Source: Eledone cirrhosa | Lineage: Eukaryota | DNA: 64,000 bases | Reading direction: 5' to 3' | Assembly (NCBI GenBank): GCA_964016885.1 | Contig: OZ024740.1 | Location: forward strand, 351,726,001-351,790,000 | Shown: positions 38,358-51,650 of the stretch, piece after piece | How positions within the stretch are numbered: position 1 is the first letter of the stretch | Layout of the letters: each line of letters opens with the position of its first letter | Translations under genes and position numbers: made by a program | The notes under the pieces: generated by a model | Told to the model about the DNA's origin: nothing | What the model saw: the letters and a program-made list of their open reading frames with translations, nothing else | Databases searched by the model: none

Positions 38358-39765
38358 AACAGCCGAGTTTCGGTGGATCAGATGTTTGGAAGTCATGGGT
38401 TTGGCATAATGGGAATGGAGGATTTGTTTTTTGTTATTAATGGTATCTAACCAGAGCTCTGTGTCTAGTACAGGTAATCGATGGTTGGGGTGTTTACTTG
38501 GGTAGTCCGGCTGTTTCGGACCATACCAAAATCAACATACTGATTGCGGATTTGGTACGGGTGATGAGAAACGTGTCCCGCGTGTGCAACCCCGAAGAAC
38601 TAGAGAGACACATACAACACTTCATCCACCGTATGCAGTTCTCTGGTTACAATCAGAGAGATAAAATCAGAGTGTATAGAGGAGCCAGAACCAAATGGGA
38701 AAAAATGGTAAATAATGACACAAATGGGACCTGCCCTTTGTATAGGAGCAAATTTTGGAATAGAATAGAAAGAACTAGGAATAAGGCTAATAGAATAAAC
38801 TCATGGTATGATAGCAATAAATACCAGAGTGTAATGTTCATTGATACAACCCCTAGAGGTGAATTAGCTTACAAATTTAGAAGGGCCCTAGATAAACATA
38901 AACTCAATATTAAGATAGTAGAAAGACCAGGTACCTCCGTAAAAACACTTATTAGCAAGACATACCCTTTTTAAAGACCCCCCTGTATAGATAAGAAATG
39001 TATAACCTGTAAAATAAGCCCCCATATTAACTGTAAAACTAGAAATGTAGTGTATAGCATAAGATGTACTGAAGGACAATGTAGAGACAAAAATATAGTG
39101 TACATAGGTGAGACAGCTCGTAGTGTAGGGGAACGGATAAATGAACACTGGCGAGACCTTCAAGATAGTAAAGAATCACCTATAATCTACCAACATGCTA
39201 AAATAGAACATAAGGGTAAATTAGAGAACATAGAAATAAAAATAGAATCTATACACAGAAAAGACGCAATGTTTAGACAAATCACAGAGGCAATAAACAT
39301 AAAAGAATTACAACCAAAATTAAATAGAAAATATGAGTGGAACAGCAACATCACAACTTACAATTAAGGACAAAATGAAAACACACACACACATAAAACA
39401 AACAACCAACTGGTAACATGTAAATAAACAAATAAATAAACGAATATAAACACACACAGACACCCGGATGTGGCGCATGTGCAGACTGAGCACACAACAC
39501 ACACACAGAAACAAAATGGCGTAGGACAGAACAAAGGAGAGGCACAAAAACAAAGAAAAGAATCCCCAGCCACTGAAGAGGTCACAGAATGTGTGACGAA
39601 AGAACTTTGACAATATATAAACAACTATCTGGTTGTGGAACCAACCAACCAACCAGAAATTTATAAATTTATAAATTCCTAAATTTGTAAATTTATTATA
39701 ATAAATTGAAGTGAAAGCAACTGGTGCGTGTGTTTCTTATTGGCAACATGACCCTCCCAAAGTAT

Positions 39766-39770
<5 letters not shown>
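38358..39770 (+). mobile_element. Penelope-like element: RT C-terminus + Cys linker + C-terminal GIY-YIG endonuclease, with inverted 5' piece
   Basis: ORFs 38498-38974 and 39050-39367 are in the same frame and separated by one TAA. Motifs: CIDKKCITC..NCKTRNVVYSIRC..VYIGETARSVGERINEH..RQITEAINI..LNRKYEW. Hammerhead-like core at 39567-39635. Ends at (AT)n. Confidence 0.88.
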
Positions 39771-39806
<36 letters not shown>

Positions 39807-40123
39807 GGAGTCACATGGCTTAGTGGTTAGAGCATTGAAGGGTTGTGAGTTCAATTCTCAGACCGGGTGATGTGTTGTTTCCTTGAGCAAGACACTTTAT
39901 TTCACATTGCTCCAGTTTACTCAGCTGTAGAAATGAGATGATAGGGACTGGGTTCCCTATCATTCCACTGCAAAGTGGTCGTGGAGGTGCCATGGCAAAA
40001 AAGCACCCACCACTCACTGTAAATGAGGTTGGTGTTAGGAAAGGCATCCAGCTGTAGAAATCAAGCCAGAATCAGTTCCCGTCCCACCCTTGCAAGCAGA
40101 GAAAAGCGGACGTAAAATGATGA
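39807..40123 (+). mobile_element. Family-1 SINE
   Basis: Same as 19571-19913 with a small deletion in the head. Confidence 0.87.
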
Positions 40124-40137
40124 TATATATATATATA

Positions 40138-40335
40138 AAAGGCAAACATAAATAACAAAGGAAACAACACAGTATAATGAAGAAATATATTATTAGTTTT
40201 ACGCTTGATATATTAGGAAAAGAGTCTTAATGTTTTGGACACTAGTCCTTCATCAGAAAATAGAATGAGAAATAAGAGGAGAAATAGAAAGATTGAGGGG
40301 ACAGACAGTGGTGGAAACAAAAACAGGTCCATTCA
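40138..40335 (-). mobile_element. Penelope-type terminal fragment with decayed minimal hammerhead
   Basis: Minus strand reads CTGATGA-a-GGAC(tagt)GTCC-aAAACaTTA, with apparent CpG decay of GAAACGTT. A related truncated copy lies at 41783-41878. Confidence 0.5.
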
Positions 40336-41450
40336 TGACACCATCTCTAGGAAATCTGTTGATGCTTGCATTTTGTGTAAGATAAACTTATATAAATATA
40401 TGCTTAAAATTTATTATACACACACTAAGTTTTATTTATAGCAGACTGCTGTTTTTACATCTTTTTATATTTTTAATTCACTTGTAAATTCCTGGCAATG
40501 ACATGTTTTAATTACCCTCAGATAACATTAGTGAAGCATTGTAAGGATAAAAACAGTGTCAGTTTTTCTTCCTTTTATACCAGAATATAAATGCATAGTG
40601 AGCAAGATGTGGTATTTGTCTAAAACGAGTGACTAGTTTCATCCTTTTGATACCAAACCTCCTAAAGCCATCCCTATTTTTAGGATACAAAATTGTTTAT
40701 TTAAAAGTTTTTATATTTATCTTAAAACCTTCCATGGTAACTTTATGTAAGAATTTTTCAAGTTATGCTTCAAACATTATCTTAATGATGAGAAAGTTAG
40801 TTTCATTACAAAATCTCTCCAAATTCTTGATTATTAAAAAAATTGTTTGAAAACAATAGGCAGTATGTTTCATTAGAACTATGGTGACAAAAGAATTAAC
40901 CTGGTTCTTATAAAAGATTAAAATAGATATATTTGAAATATATAAATATTAAAATATTATGGATAATTTCAACCTCAGGGAAGTTTTAAACCCTGATATA
41001 GATCTAAAAATAAGATTGCCTTCATAATATATTATGAAAGTCCATAAACAGAAACGTTTACATATTATCAATAAAAACAATATGATCCAACAAAGAAGTA
41101 TGTATATGATTGCTAGAAATAGCAACCAAATATCCCTCAAAATTGTCAAATAGGAAGAATAACGAGATTTTAGATACACTATCTTGAACAACATACAGTA
41201 TAGAATGGCTGGGTGGAGCATCTTTGAATACAGATTTACTTAATTAGGGCTGACTTAGAGATAAACAGCAATGTAAACATATCAAAACAAAGCACATAAG
41301 CTGTAAAACACTCTAAACTTGGATATCATGGGGATATCCAAGTTTAGAGAACTAAAGATTGGAACATACAAGTAAAGTATGGCCTCCCAACCCACCTGGA
41401 TGGGCAGCCCTGAATAGGAATTGACACAGATCATAACAACGTGTCTAAAC

Positions 41451-41550
41451 CATACCAGTATGGAAAGTGGAAGCAAAATGATGATGACGATGATGCTCAT
41501 ATCGTTTATCATCGTTTAACGTCCATCTTCGATGCTAGCATGGGACACAC

Positions 41551-41598
<48 letters not shown>

Positions 41599-41711
41599 TG
41601 TGTGTGTGTGTATCCTACCCATGCTAGTGTGGAAGATGGACGTTAAACGATGATAAACGATACGAGCATCATCATCATTATCATTTTGCTTCCACTTTCC
41701 ATACTGGTATG
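41451..41711. repeat. About 94-bp inverted duplication centred on (TG)n
   Basis: 41451-41544 versus 41618-41711. Each arm is a composite of two opposed RTE-type 3' tails. Confidence 0.88.
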
Positions 41712-41983
41712 TCATCATCACCGTTTTACGTCCGTTCTTCCACGCTAGCATGGGTTAGATATATATATATATAATGTATGTAAAAGGTAAACAAAAATAA
41801 CAAAACAAACAGCAGATTACATGAAAGAAATATATTAGTTTAACACTTCAAATAGTAGGCAGAGAGTCTTTACGTTTTACACACATATATACATACATAT
41901 ATGCATATATAACAGATATGCAATCCATTTCAGAATTTATTGAAACCCAAAAGGCATTGATCAACCTAAAAAAAGATCCTTAC

Positions 41984-42173
41984 CTGTCAGCAGCACTACC
42001 AGGTTCTACATAGGAAATGATAGGTGGCTCAGATAGTACAGTGGTTGAGAAAATTCCACCACTGAGAGTAATGCCTGGTCCTCGATGGTCATGATATAGA
42101 ATGACTTCCACGACTTCTGTATGACAAATTTGGTTGTTTGGCATTACTGATGTCACAGTTGATGCCACTGACA
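41984..42173 (-). CDS. GRIP1: GRIP-like exon (N-terminal half of PDZ4)
   Basis: ttctag| ... |gtaagg. Encodes MSVASTVTSVMPNNQICHTEVVEVILYHDHRGPGITLSGGIFSTTVLSEPPIISYVEPGSAADR, resembling GRIP1 HTETTEVVL...LSSPPLISYIEADSPAER. 190 nt. Confidence 0.92.
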
Positions 42174-43797
42174 CTAGAAGGAAGTGTGAAGGATTAAATA
42201 TGAGAATCTAAAAATGTTACAAACGACCAACTATTTCATTTATTCAGACAACAAGATTAAAAGTATTTACAAATTTAAACCTTACCTTTTAGTAATATAA
42301 CTATCTTTCTCGTTATTAAGTTGGTGTTTGGAATATAACTTAAAAAAAGCACTTTGACAAAACCATAATGGAAAGTTGTTCAAAATAAACAGCTTTCTAT
42401 CGTAGAACCTGAGAGTGGTTTCAGGCAGGTTGATATTTAAGGCCCAATGACTTAAAATCTTTTGACATTAACCTGTTTCTGATTCTATAGAGACAACCAT
42501 CTGATTTAAAGTTTAAACAAAGTTTCATATTTAAATGAAAACCTTCCATAATAGTTTTATGTAAGAATATTTTGTTAAGTTCTTTGCAAATATCAGCTTG
42601 ATATATACTAATAAAAGTGAGAGATTATTATTTTTTACTTAATCAGTCTGAATTCTTAAGGGTTTTGAAAGACAATGAAAACTTAATTTGTTAGAAATAA
42701 GGTCATAAAATAATTAAAAAACTTAGTGGCTTCCAACAGAATAAAAATAAATGGAAAAACTGAATTTAATATTATCTATGATATGGCAGTTATAGTTTTT
42801 GATTTTAGAAGCATAACTGACCAAATGTTTTAAGGTCATATTCCTTGATGAAGTTGGAGTTAGCACTGAGGGCTCCATGAAAGGCTTCATAGTCATCATA
42901 GTGTCCTCTTTTAGACAATGTTTCTAGTACCAGCTTCTTTATTCACCCTTTACAACATGCAGGGACAGTATTTATCCTGAATTGGATACACACAGTTATA
43001 CTGATCAACTAGGCATAAGTACAAATTTTACTTGAACCCTGAGCAAGGCAGACAATTCTTCCTGCCTGAGTTTACTTGACTGATATAAAATAGGTTCCAT
43101 TTTCACTTCATAGTTGAATGGATAGTGGTAAGAAAAGTGTCTACTTATCAAAACAATTGCTCTAAAAACAAAGTCATCTCAGCTATGCAAACACTGCTAA
43201 ACCTAATATGTTAACATGGAAGTTTAATATGACCTTCTGGTTTGTGGGTGCCTTTTGTGGAATTCAGTCTGTTGTAAGAATTCATACTAGACCTTTGTTC
43301 CTATTTCTGTCCAAATAAGACACTGACTTACAGATGTTCAGGCTGGGCATCAGCCACATCTGTCTCACCAGTTTAGAAGAGCCTATGAAGTTAATGTGTA
43401 CTGACCTTTCTTTCCTCACAAACTTATAAAATAAAAACAAAGAAAAATAGATGTAAAATAATAAAAAAAAGTTGTAAACTAGTCACGCATGGTTAATAAT
43501 ACTCAATCATATTTAATTCTGCGATTCATTTCTAGTGCTTTCTTCACTCATCTTCCCCTTAGTTTGCCCAGTAAAAATGGTTGGGGACACTCACAACAAA
43601 AGCAAAAATAAAACAGGTTTATGGCAGAGCCTGGCACAGTTGTCTAGCCAACTACAGAATGGTAGAAAAGTCTCATTTAAAATCACTCTCTTAAAAAGTA
43701 TACTATACCGAAATAAAAACAAAAATTTATAAAAAAAAAAAAAGAAAAAAAAAGGGCAATGTTATATATATACATATATATTTAAAAATATACTTAC

Positions 43798-44004
43798 TAC
43801 ATGATGCTTGCTTCCGGTCTGGCCTTGACCAAGAACGATGTGAATTAGCTTGGTTGGAAATTCTAGATGGTAAAGTGCCTGAAGACCGCCCACATGATCC
43901 TGATGACCGTATTGTGTTATAATTGTGAAGGGTACCAAATGGACTGCTAGGAAGTGCCAATGTCGGCGTCGATACAGATGATGGCATACAGATAGGCACT
44001 AGTG
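43798..44004 (-). CDS. GRIP1: GRIP-like exon (Ser/Pro-rich PDZ3-PDZ4 linker)
   Basis: ttacag| ... |gtaagt. 207 nt, phase 1-1. ALVPICMPSSVSTPTLALPSSPFGTL...DRKQASC joins both neighbouring exons in frame. Confidence 0.82.
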
Positions 44005-44821
44005 CTGTAAGTAGATGGAAATCATATGGAGATATTTAATGGTACATTTTATAAATCTGTTAAGTATTAAATTAAAATATTCATGCTATTAGCAGAAACA
44101 AATCATAAAATAATACATTTGAAATAACAGCATTTTCCAGTTTCTGTAAGTTTTTAGGGTAATGTAATTTCTTTTGTTCATCCTTTCTCTTCTCCAATAG
44201 TTTATCTGTTAGTTTAACTTACTACAGTCTTATCTTCTATTTTCTTGATTTGATAGTGTTAATCCCTCAGTTACTCTGTACTTGGAATTCAGATACAAGT
44301 GATAAACAAGATGACTGAGCTTCTACATAGTTGCTCAATATGCTAAAATTAGCAACAAAACCTGCCTCTAATAACTATTCAATTCATATCCAGTACTTCA
44401 CTGACTCATCCAACACTTTAGGCTGCTCAGTCAAAATTGATGGGTCTACTTAATATAGACTATTGCAACAACAAGTCAGATGAGCCCTACAGAGTTGATC
44501 AACCTCATAGAAATAATAACAAAATCTCCCTTAAATTACACCCTTTAAAAAAGCACAGTGGACAGAGATATGTTATACCAAATAAACAAAATACAAGAAA
44601 GTCATGCCTTGCATGGTTTTGGTCATTGACCTGGTTATAGGACTAATTTAGGACCAAACAACTACAATATAATCATAGTTAGATAGAAGCCATTAATATA
44701 TCAAAATGAAAATTTCCTAGTTTATATGATTGTTCATATCTGGTAATCCTGAAATATATGACATATCAAACCTGGACTCCAAAAATGAAATGTGTCAACT
44801 GCTATTGCTGTCATTATTATT

Positions 44822-45207
44822 GGCAGTGGATTGGCAGTATCGGTAGAGAGCCAGACGCCATGCTTTGCAGTATAGAGTTATGGCCCTTAACGTTCTGAGT
44901 TCAACTTTGCCTTTCATCCTTACGGGGTCAATAAAATAAAGTACCAGTAATGCACTGGGATAATTGCTGGCCTTGTGCCAAAAGTAGAAGCAATTATTAT
45001 TAACAGAATTGGTAGAGCGTTGAACAACATGCTTTATACCACAGAGTTATGTCCCTTTACCTTATGAGTTCAAATCCTGCCAAGGTTAACTTTACCTTTC
45101 ATCCTTACGGGGTCGATAAAATAATGTACCAGTAATACACTGTGTTTGATTTAATTGACTTTCTCCTCCCGCCAAATTGTTGACCTTGTGTCTAAACCAG
45201 AAACTAT
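44822..45207 (+). mobile_element. Two tandem Meta-type SINEs
   Basis: About 44822-44997 and about 45003-45207, each with the ctttcatccttacggggtc core. Confidence 0.75.
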
Positions 45208-46120
45208 TATTGACAACACAGGTTCACTAGTATAATGACATTGAGTGGAGACAGGTTGATGGTTTAGAAGTTGTTATATCAACAGCAAGAATAAAAAGTT
45301 CCCTCAACCCTACATTGTTTGATCACTACCTACTTTACAGGATGAACTGGGTGCATTTTACTATGGTATCAGCACTAGTGAGTTTACTTTGTATCTCGCA
45401 ATACTGAAGAGTACTCACTACTATACATTGTCTCTATTCAGGTTTCCTGTTACTAATGTAATGTGATCTGAACCATTAGAATGTATCTTTTTTGTTATAG
45501 CCATTCATGTTCTCAGTTCAAATTCTTCTGAGGTCATCTTTACTTTTAATCTATCCAAGATTGATTTTATGTTTTTAAAAACATTCTCAATGTGAATAGA
45601 GTTATAATAGAAGATAAAGAAGAAGACTCACAAAAAAAGAAAAGAAATTATTGATTTAACCCTTTAAACATCAACCTGCTCAAAACCACCTCAATTTAAT
45701 TCTTAACATTCTGTATGAATTTAGCTGAAAATATTTAAAAATAGGTTTCTTAATTCAAATGCTTAATAATAACTTTATTGGTGAACAAACAGATCATTGT
45801 GAAAATTTTCAGTATTAAAGTAATGAAATTAATTTTTAATGAAATACAGTCATAGAGCTATTTTATACTTTTCAATAATCTCTTGCTAATGTAGCAATAA
45901 ATTACTGGGGTTTATTTAATTGACTTTCTCCTACCCTCAAATTACTGGCTCTTTTGCCAATATTAAAAACAAGTATTAAGATGAAAGTTAGTTATTTCAT
46001 TAAACTTTTCATAATTATTTTAAGACTTTGATAATTAAAACACAAAAGCAGTATATTCTTGTAAGGGTCACAAGAGGGTTAAAAGAATGAAAAACAAAAG
46101 AAAAGGGATCACCAACCAAC

Positions 46121-46302
46121 CTTTCCGAGCTATTGCTTCTCTAGATGCTCGCTGTTGAATGTGGCTGATGGGAATGATTTCTAGTCGCACCTGGTCCCCA
46201 GCACCTGATTTTAAGAGCTGACTAGCTTCAGGTAGAGACATACGTTCCACGCTTGTGCCATCAATGGATAAGATTTGGTCACCTACATGGATAGCACCGC
46301 TC
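46121..46302 (-). CDS. GRIP1: GRIP-like multi-PDZ protein exon (C-terminal half of PDZ3)
   Basis: Acceptor ttttgtag| and donor |gttggt. Encodes [60 protein letters not shown], resembling the remembered GRIP1 segment [16 protein letters not shown]. 182 nt, phase 2 to phase 1. Confidence 0.92.
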
Positions 46303-47799
46303 CTACAAAATTAAGATTAATAAACATAAGTGAGGAAAAATTCATTAAAATATTTAATATATAATTAACCTAACCAAAGAAGTTGAACTGTATGTGTGTG
46401 TGTATGTATACATATGTGTAAGTGCAAATGTATATTTGTATGTGTGAATATGTTTGTGTGTGTGTCCATGTCTACATTTGTGTCAGTGTGTGTTTATATC
46501 CTAAAACTGAGTAGTTTGACAAAAATAAATCAATGAAAATATGTACCAGAGTTGAGAAAATAAGTACTAGGATTAATATATCGACTAAATCAAAACAGTG
46601 TCCCAGCAGGACCACAGTCTAATGACTGAAACTGGTAAAAGAATAAAAGGATATCTAAAAACATTCCTTCATTATTTTATGTAAGAACCTTTGTTAAGTT
46701 TCAGATACCAGATAAATAAGGAGAAAGTTAGTTATATTACTAAATCCCTCCAAATTCTTAATTATTTTCCAAATGATTTGAAAATTATAGGCAGTATTTT
46801 TCATTAGAAGTATGGTAAGGAAAAGGTTAAAACTATGTTGATATTCACTTTTATTTATTTCATAATAGGCAAACAAGTTTTTACACTTCTACAACCTGGC
46901 AACTGATGTAATTCCACTGCCTCTCTGTATGTGTGGTTCATCAAAATATAACCCAATATTTAGAATAGTTTTACTATAAATATACAATCATAATATAGAT
47001 TCAAACATGCAAAATATATTGTAAGTAGTTCTACATTTGATATGAATCCGCTTCCATTTCATTCAGTGATATAGTCAAAAGAAATATTTACCAGAAAGTT
47101 ATCGAATGAAAACAAAAGAAGACTGAGAAATAGAATGAGATAGCTGAATCATGTGATGAGGATAGATGAAAGTGACTGAATGAGAGGAATGTTGGAAATA
47201 AAGGTGGAAAGAAGTAGAGCAATGTGAAAACCAATAAAGACATGGCTAAGGATGATGGGAAAAGACGTTGGTAAGGACAGATGTTGAGGATTAGTCAAAA
47301 TGAAGAAGCTTGTTATGATGCTTGTCAGGATAAGAAGATATGTAGTTATCAATGATTTTAGTCATCAATAACTGAAAGAAATTGTTTTTTTTATATATCT
47401 ACGGAAGTGACTGTAATTTTTTGTATCTGTGTATGACTGTATCTTGTTTTTGTATGATTGCTTTCCTTTTTCATAACATTCGTAGCTCACTCAACAAATG
47501 TCATGTTGAAGAGAGATGGGTTACATGTTTAATATTCATATAACTCTGATATCGAGTATGATTCTACTATTAAGTAGCTTTGTGGTAGATAACCTCAAAT
47601 CGATACAATCAATTATATGACAGAGGCACCCCTGCTGCTGCCACCATCACCATTATCATGTTTAATCCTTCTTTGGAAGAAACTTCCAGGGGTAGTATAC
47701 TATGGCCAGATACTCAACCCTCACTTGTACTTAAGATAATAATTGCACTGATCTTCACAGAGTCCAGAAATCAAGTTAACAACAACAGCAGCAGCAACA

Positions 47800-48135
47800 C
47801 AAATATGAAAATAGAGCTTGTTGATTGAAAACGGAAATAATCCCCATAATAATAGTTGCCCTGAGAATCATAAAAAGATACAGACTAAAATATCAGAACT
47901 TATTCACATATACACAACATACAGAAAATAGTGTTATTACACACAACATACAGAAAGTAACCCTCCCAGGCACTGTACATATATTACATAGAAGTCTTTC
48001 AACAAAATAGGGAAATACTGAGAATAAATGATGCATGTACTAAAGGCTCACAGAGCTGCATTAGGTTGTGCAGCCAAAGCATGCGATAAAAACAACAGCG
48101 ATAGTAGATGGTGGTGATGATGATGATGATAATAA
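47800..48135 (+). mobile_element. R4/Dong-like RLE retrotransposon 3' remnant
   Basis: LKTEIIPIIIVALRII...IQKVTLPGTVHILHRSLS resembles the remembered IPIVIGALG...IQK..LLGT.HILR..L C-terminus. Confidence 0.5.
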
Positions 48136-49001
48136 GAACAGAGCAACATAATAATAAATAAATGCCTTCAGCTTACACTGTTAAAACATCATAGACAATT
48201 TTCATATCAACTGGTAGTCGCTATATGGTGTGTGCTTAGGAATAGTTCTGACTGATATTTGAAAGAGGCAGCCTCTGAGAGCTAAGTAACCTTCAGATCC
48301 GTGGAAGGCAGTAATTTTATGCAATGTCCAGTAAAATGTCAGCACAGCTATTTTTCAGAAAATCACAAATTAAATGTGAGAATTCTTTATTCATTTTGTC
48401 CTTGTTTTCATCCCTGTTTTTGTTTTAGAAGGTTTTTTTTTTATCTTCTCACAATTAGTTATTATTGTATTAATTTATAAACTAGACTTGGTAATCTTGG
48501 TTACAATATAAACAGCTTTCTAACAAGTTTTATTAATTAACATCTAACAAGAGCATGTGTATGTGTGCATATGTGCCTGTCTGTGTGTGAGCATGTGTGT
48601 ATGTATGTGTTGTAGTAAAATACACTCCAGAAATTTTACAACAAGCAAGCAGGAAAATTAAGCTTACACAAGAAAGTTTAATATAAGTATTACTTTCCAT
48701 ATAGATAGGCATCTGCAAGTGTCAAATGTAAATGGTTATTCTTCCTAGTGATCCCTACCTCAAGGCAGGGCTCTGACATCATTTCCAGCTCTCTTAAATT
48801 CACAGTATATCTGACTGGTTTACATTCTAATTTTATAATATACTTCCTGTCTGATCTAACATTACTTAACTCTTTTGATACCAACCTGCCTGAAACTATC
48901 CCAGATTCTATGATACAAAACTGCTGATAAAGTATTTATATTTGTCTAAAACCCTTCTAGCTATGTAAGAACCTTTGTTATGTTCTAAATACCAGCTTAA
49001 T

Positions 49002-49192
49002 AATTGTTTCTACTTTTGGCACAAGGCCAGCAATTATCCCAGTGTATTACTGGTGCTTTATTTTATCGACCCCATAAGGATGAAAGGCAAAGTTAACCTC
49101 GCCGGTATTTGAACTCAGACCATAAAGGGCCGTAACTCTATGCTGCAAAGCATGTTGTCCCATGCTCTACCGATACTGCCAATCAACTGCCC
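49002..49192 (-). mobile_element. Family-2 (Meta-type) SINE with TSD
   Basis: Flanked by aatacca(g/a)cttaataat. Confidence 0.85.
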
Positions 49193-49619
49193 TTAATACC
49201 AACTTAATAATGAAAAAGTTTATTACATTACTAAATTCTTGACTATTTTCAAACTTAACTGAAAATCATAGGCAATGTTGTTCAAAAGAAATATGGTAAC
49301 AAAAGGGTTAAATAGAAACAAATGAGGGAGCTTGTATATTGTTGTACATCTTCCTAGAAATAACATTCAAACTCATTTAAGTTATACCCTACATCTTAAA
49401 AAATTGAAAGGTACACTGAACACTAGTCCTAGATTGGATTAGTGGGAACACATTTGGTCACAGGTCTGCTCACTCAGACATGACTAGCAGTGAATCCTCA
49501 ACAGCAAGAAGTCGCAAAGTAAAGTTTACTCACTAATAATATATAATCAGTGTTTTGATAAAACACATTGATAACTTCATTTCTCTCGTTTTTTTTTAGC
49601 TTTACTTAGGTCTTGTCTG

Positions 49620-50050
49620 AATACCTGCTAAGAACGGCTGAGTTTAAGTCTATATTAAACATCATTTGAAATAAAAGGAACCCAAAGATGGTACCTTTTG
49701 TACTCCACTTGCAACAGCAAGCTTTTCAAATAGCCCACTGTTGACTGTCACTGTATAACTTTGGCCTTAAAAATATCATACAGGGAAACCTCCAGTGGTA
49801 TCAAATGATATAGATAACATTTTCAAAGGTTTGGGATAAATCAAGGTCTACATTGAAAGGAGGTCTTCAGAATTTCATTGTATTGTTGTAAAAGTTGTGC
49901 CAAACAGTTTCTTCTTAGGTTGAATCCCTGCTGGGTGTTGCTAGGACAGTTGTTTTTACAAAAATCTTATCCTTCAGTATATAATTCTGTCCAGAAATTT
50001 TGAAATATGGGAGGATGTGAATGATATGAGCCTATACTAGTTTTTCAGCT
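49620..50050 (-). mobile_element. Ancient CR1/L2-like RT remnant
   Basis: Broken minus-strand reading QQGFN..RNCLAQLLQQYNEIL..LDLSQTF..VASGVQK. Heavily decayed. Confidence 0.35.
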
Positions 50051-51064
50051 CTCTACTTAGCCCCAAATATCTTGAAGTCGAAATTTATATTTGTAATGGA
50101 AGGGTGCACATCCATAATAGAATAATGCTATACCTAATGCTTTAGTATCCCAAACATCTAAAATAGATACACATGTAAGACAAAAATGAGATTTAAAATG
50201 CAAGCTTTCCTAATAATGTGGCTTCAACCCACAGTGAGTTTCTGAAAATGTATAACATTAATATTTCTTCTAAAAAAGGTATGGGACTACTTCTATAGAT
50301 TTTTTTTGTCAAGAGAGTCTCAGATAGTAAAAAGCTTTGTTTATATACTAAACATATCTGTTAAAATTAGGCAGGATATATATGTATACATCCTCATGTA
50401 TTTTAAAAAAAGAGGTTGACTGCTAAAGAGGCTTATCAAATTATTTGGTAAAATTTTCCAGTGAAACTCTTAAGTCACAGTCAACACCTTTTAAAAAATA
50501 TCTAAATAATTTTCTTTACACCATATACTGTGCCCTTTCTTCAATTAATGTGTGTTGTGTTTCAATATTAAGAACTCTATATTATCATTATTACTTGTAT
50601 GCCTTCATACATACACATAAATATAAACAGTCTTATTGAAATTTTAACATTTCTTGCAAGCTACATCTGTCAAAACACTAAATGCACTGTGTACTTTACC
50701 AATAGATTGATCTGGACAAATATTTTATGTTTACTTGAACATATATAATTAGAGAATATAGTGATGATAAATTCATGAGAAAGAAAATAAAAAAAACACA
50801 TGTGTATACAAACACACATTTCAAGAGTTTCTTATACTCTGACTGTAAGAAACAATTTCAATGAATGAAAGCAGCATTGTTTAAACAAGTCATTTCATCC
50901 AATTTGATTTAAACTTGATATTTATTTTTAACTTTACTCTAATGTTCAATGCACAAATTACAAACACATGAGTAGACATACAAGTATATTTCTGACAGCA
51001 TTTATAACACTACATTTAGAAGGGGGAAAGGTTTCTTTTGTCACCAAATAATCAGCATGTAGAT

Positions 51065-51398
51065 ATCATCATCATCATCATTATCATGATTTTACATCCA
51101 CTTTTCCCTGCTTGCAAGGGTGGGACGGGAACTGATTCTGGCTTGATTTCTACAGCTGGATGCCCTTCCTAACACCAACCTCATTTACAGTGAGTGCTGA
51201 GGCACCTCCACGACCACTTTGCAGTGGAATGATAGGGAACCCAGTCCTTATCATCTCATTTCTACAGCTGAGTAAACTGGAGCAATATGAAATAAAGTGT
51301 CTTGCTCAAGGAAACAACATATCACCCGGTCTGAGAATTGAACTCACAACCTTTCGATTGTAAGCCCAATGCTCTAACCACTAGGCCATGTGCCTCCA
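51065..51398 (-). mobile_element. Family-1 SINE
   Basis: Reverse complement of the 19571-19913 type. Confidence 0.87.
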
Positions 51399-51650
51399 TA
51401 TAAAAGAGAATATTTCTTTGAGCAAGAGTTTAGCAAAATGCTCAATGAAATAGAAAGAATTCAGATTTTAGAAGGATATACAAAAGCGTTTTAATGCCTC
51501 TTTCCTTTCTAAAACAAGGATTAGCTTTGCAGGCCCCAAGATAGGCTTCATATACATTGTGGATCTTTTATAGTTGATGCTCTTCCTAGTGACAACCCCT
51601 TTAATCACATCTAACAATACACAAGGGTACAGTGTATCTATTCTAAGCTG

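Noticed and set aside
38972-38974. Programmed readthrough or selenocysteine in the Penelope-like ORF
   Set aside because: The stop is TAA, not TGA, and nearby cysteines use TGT. It is most simply a nonsense mutation.
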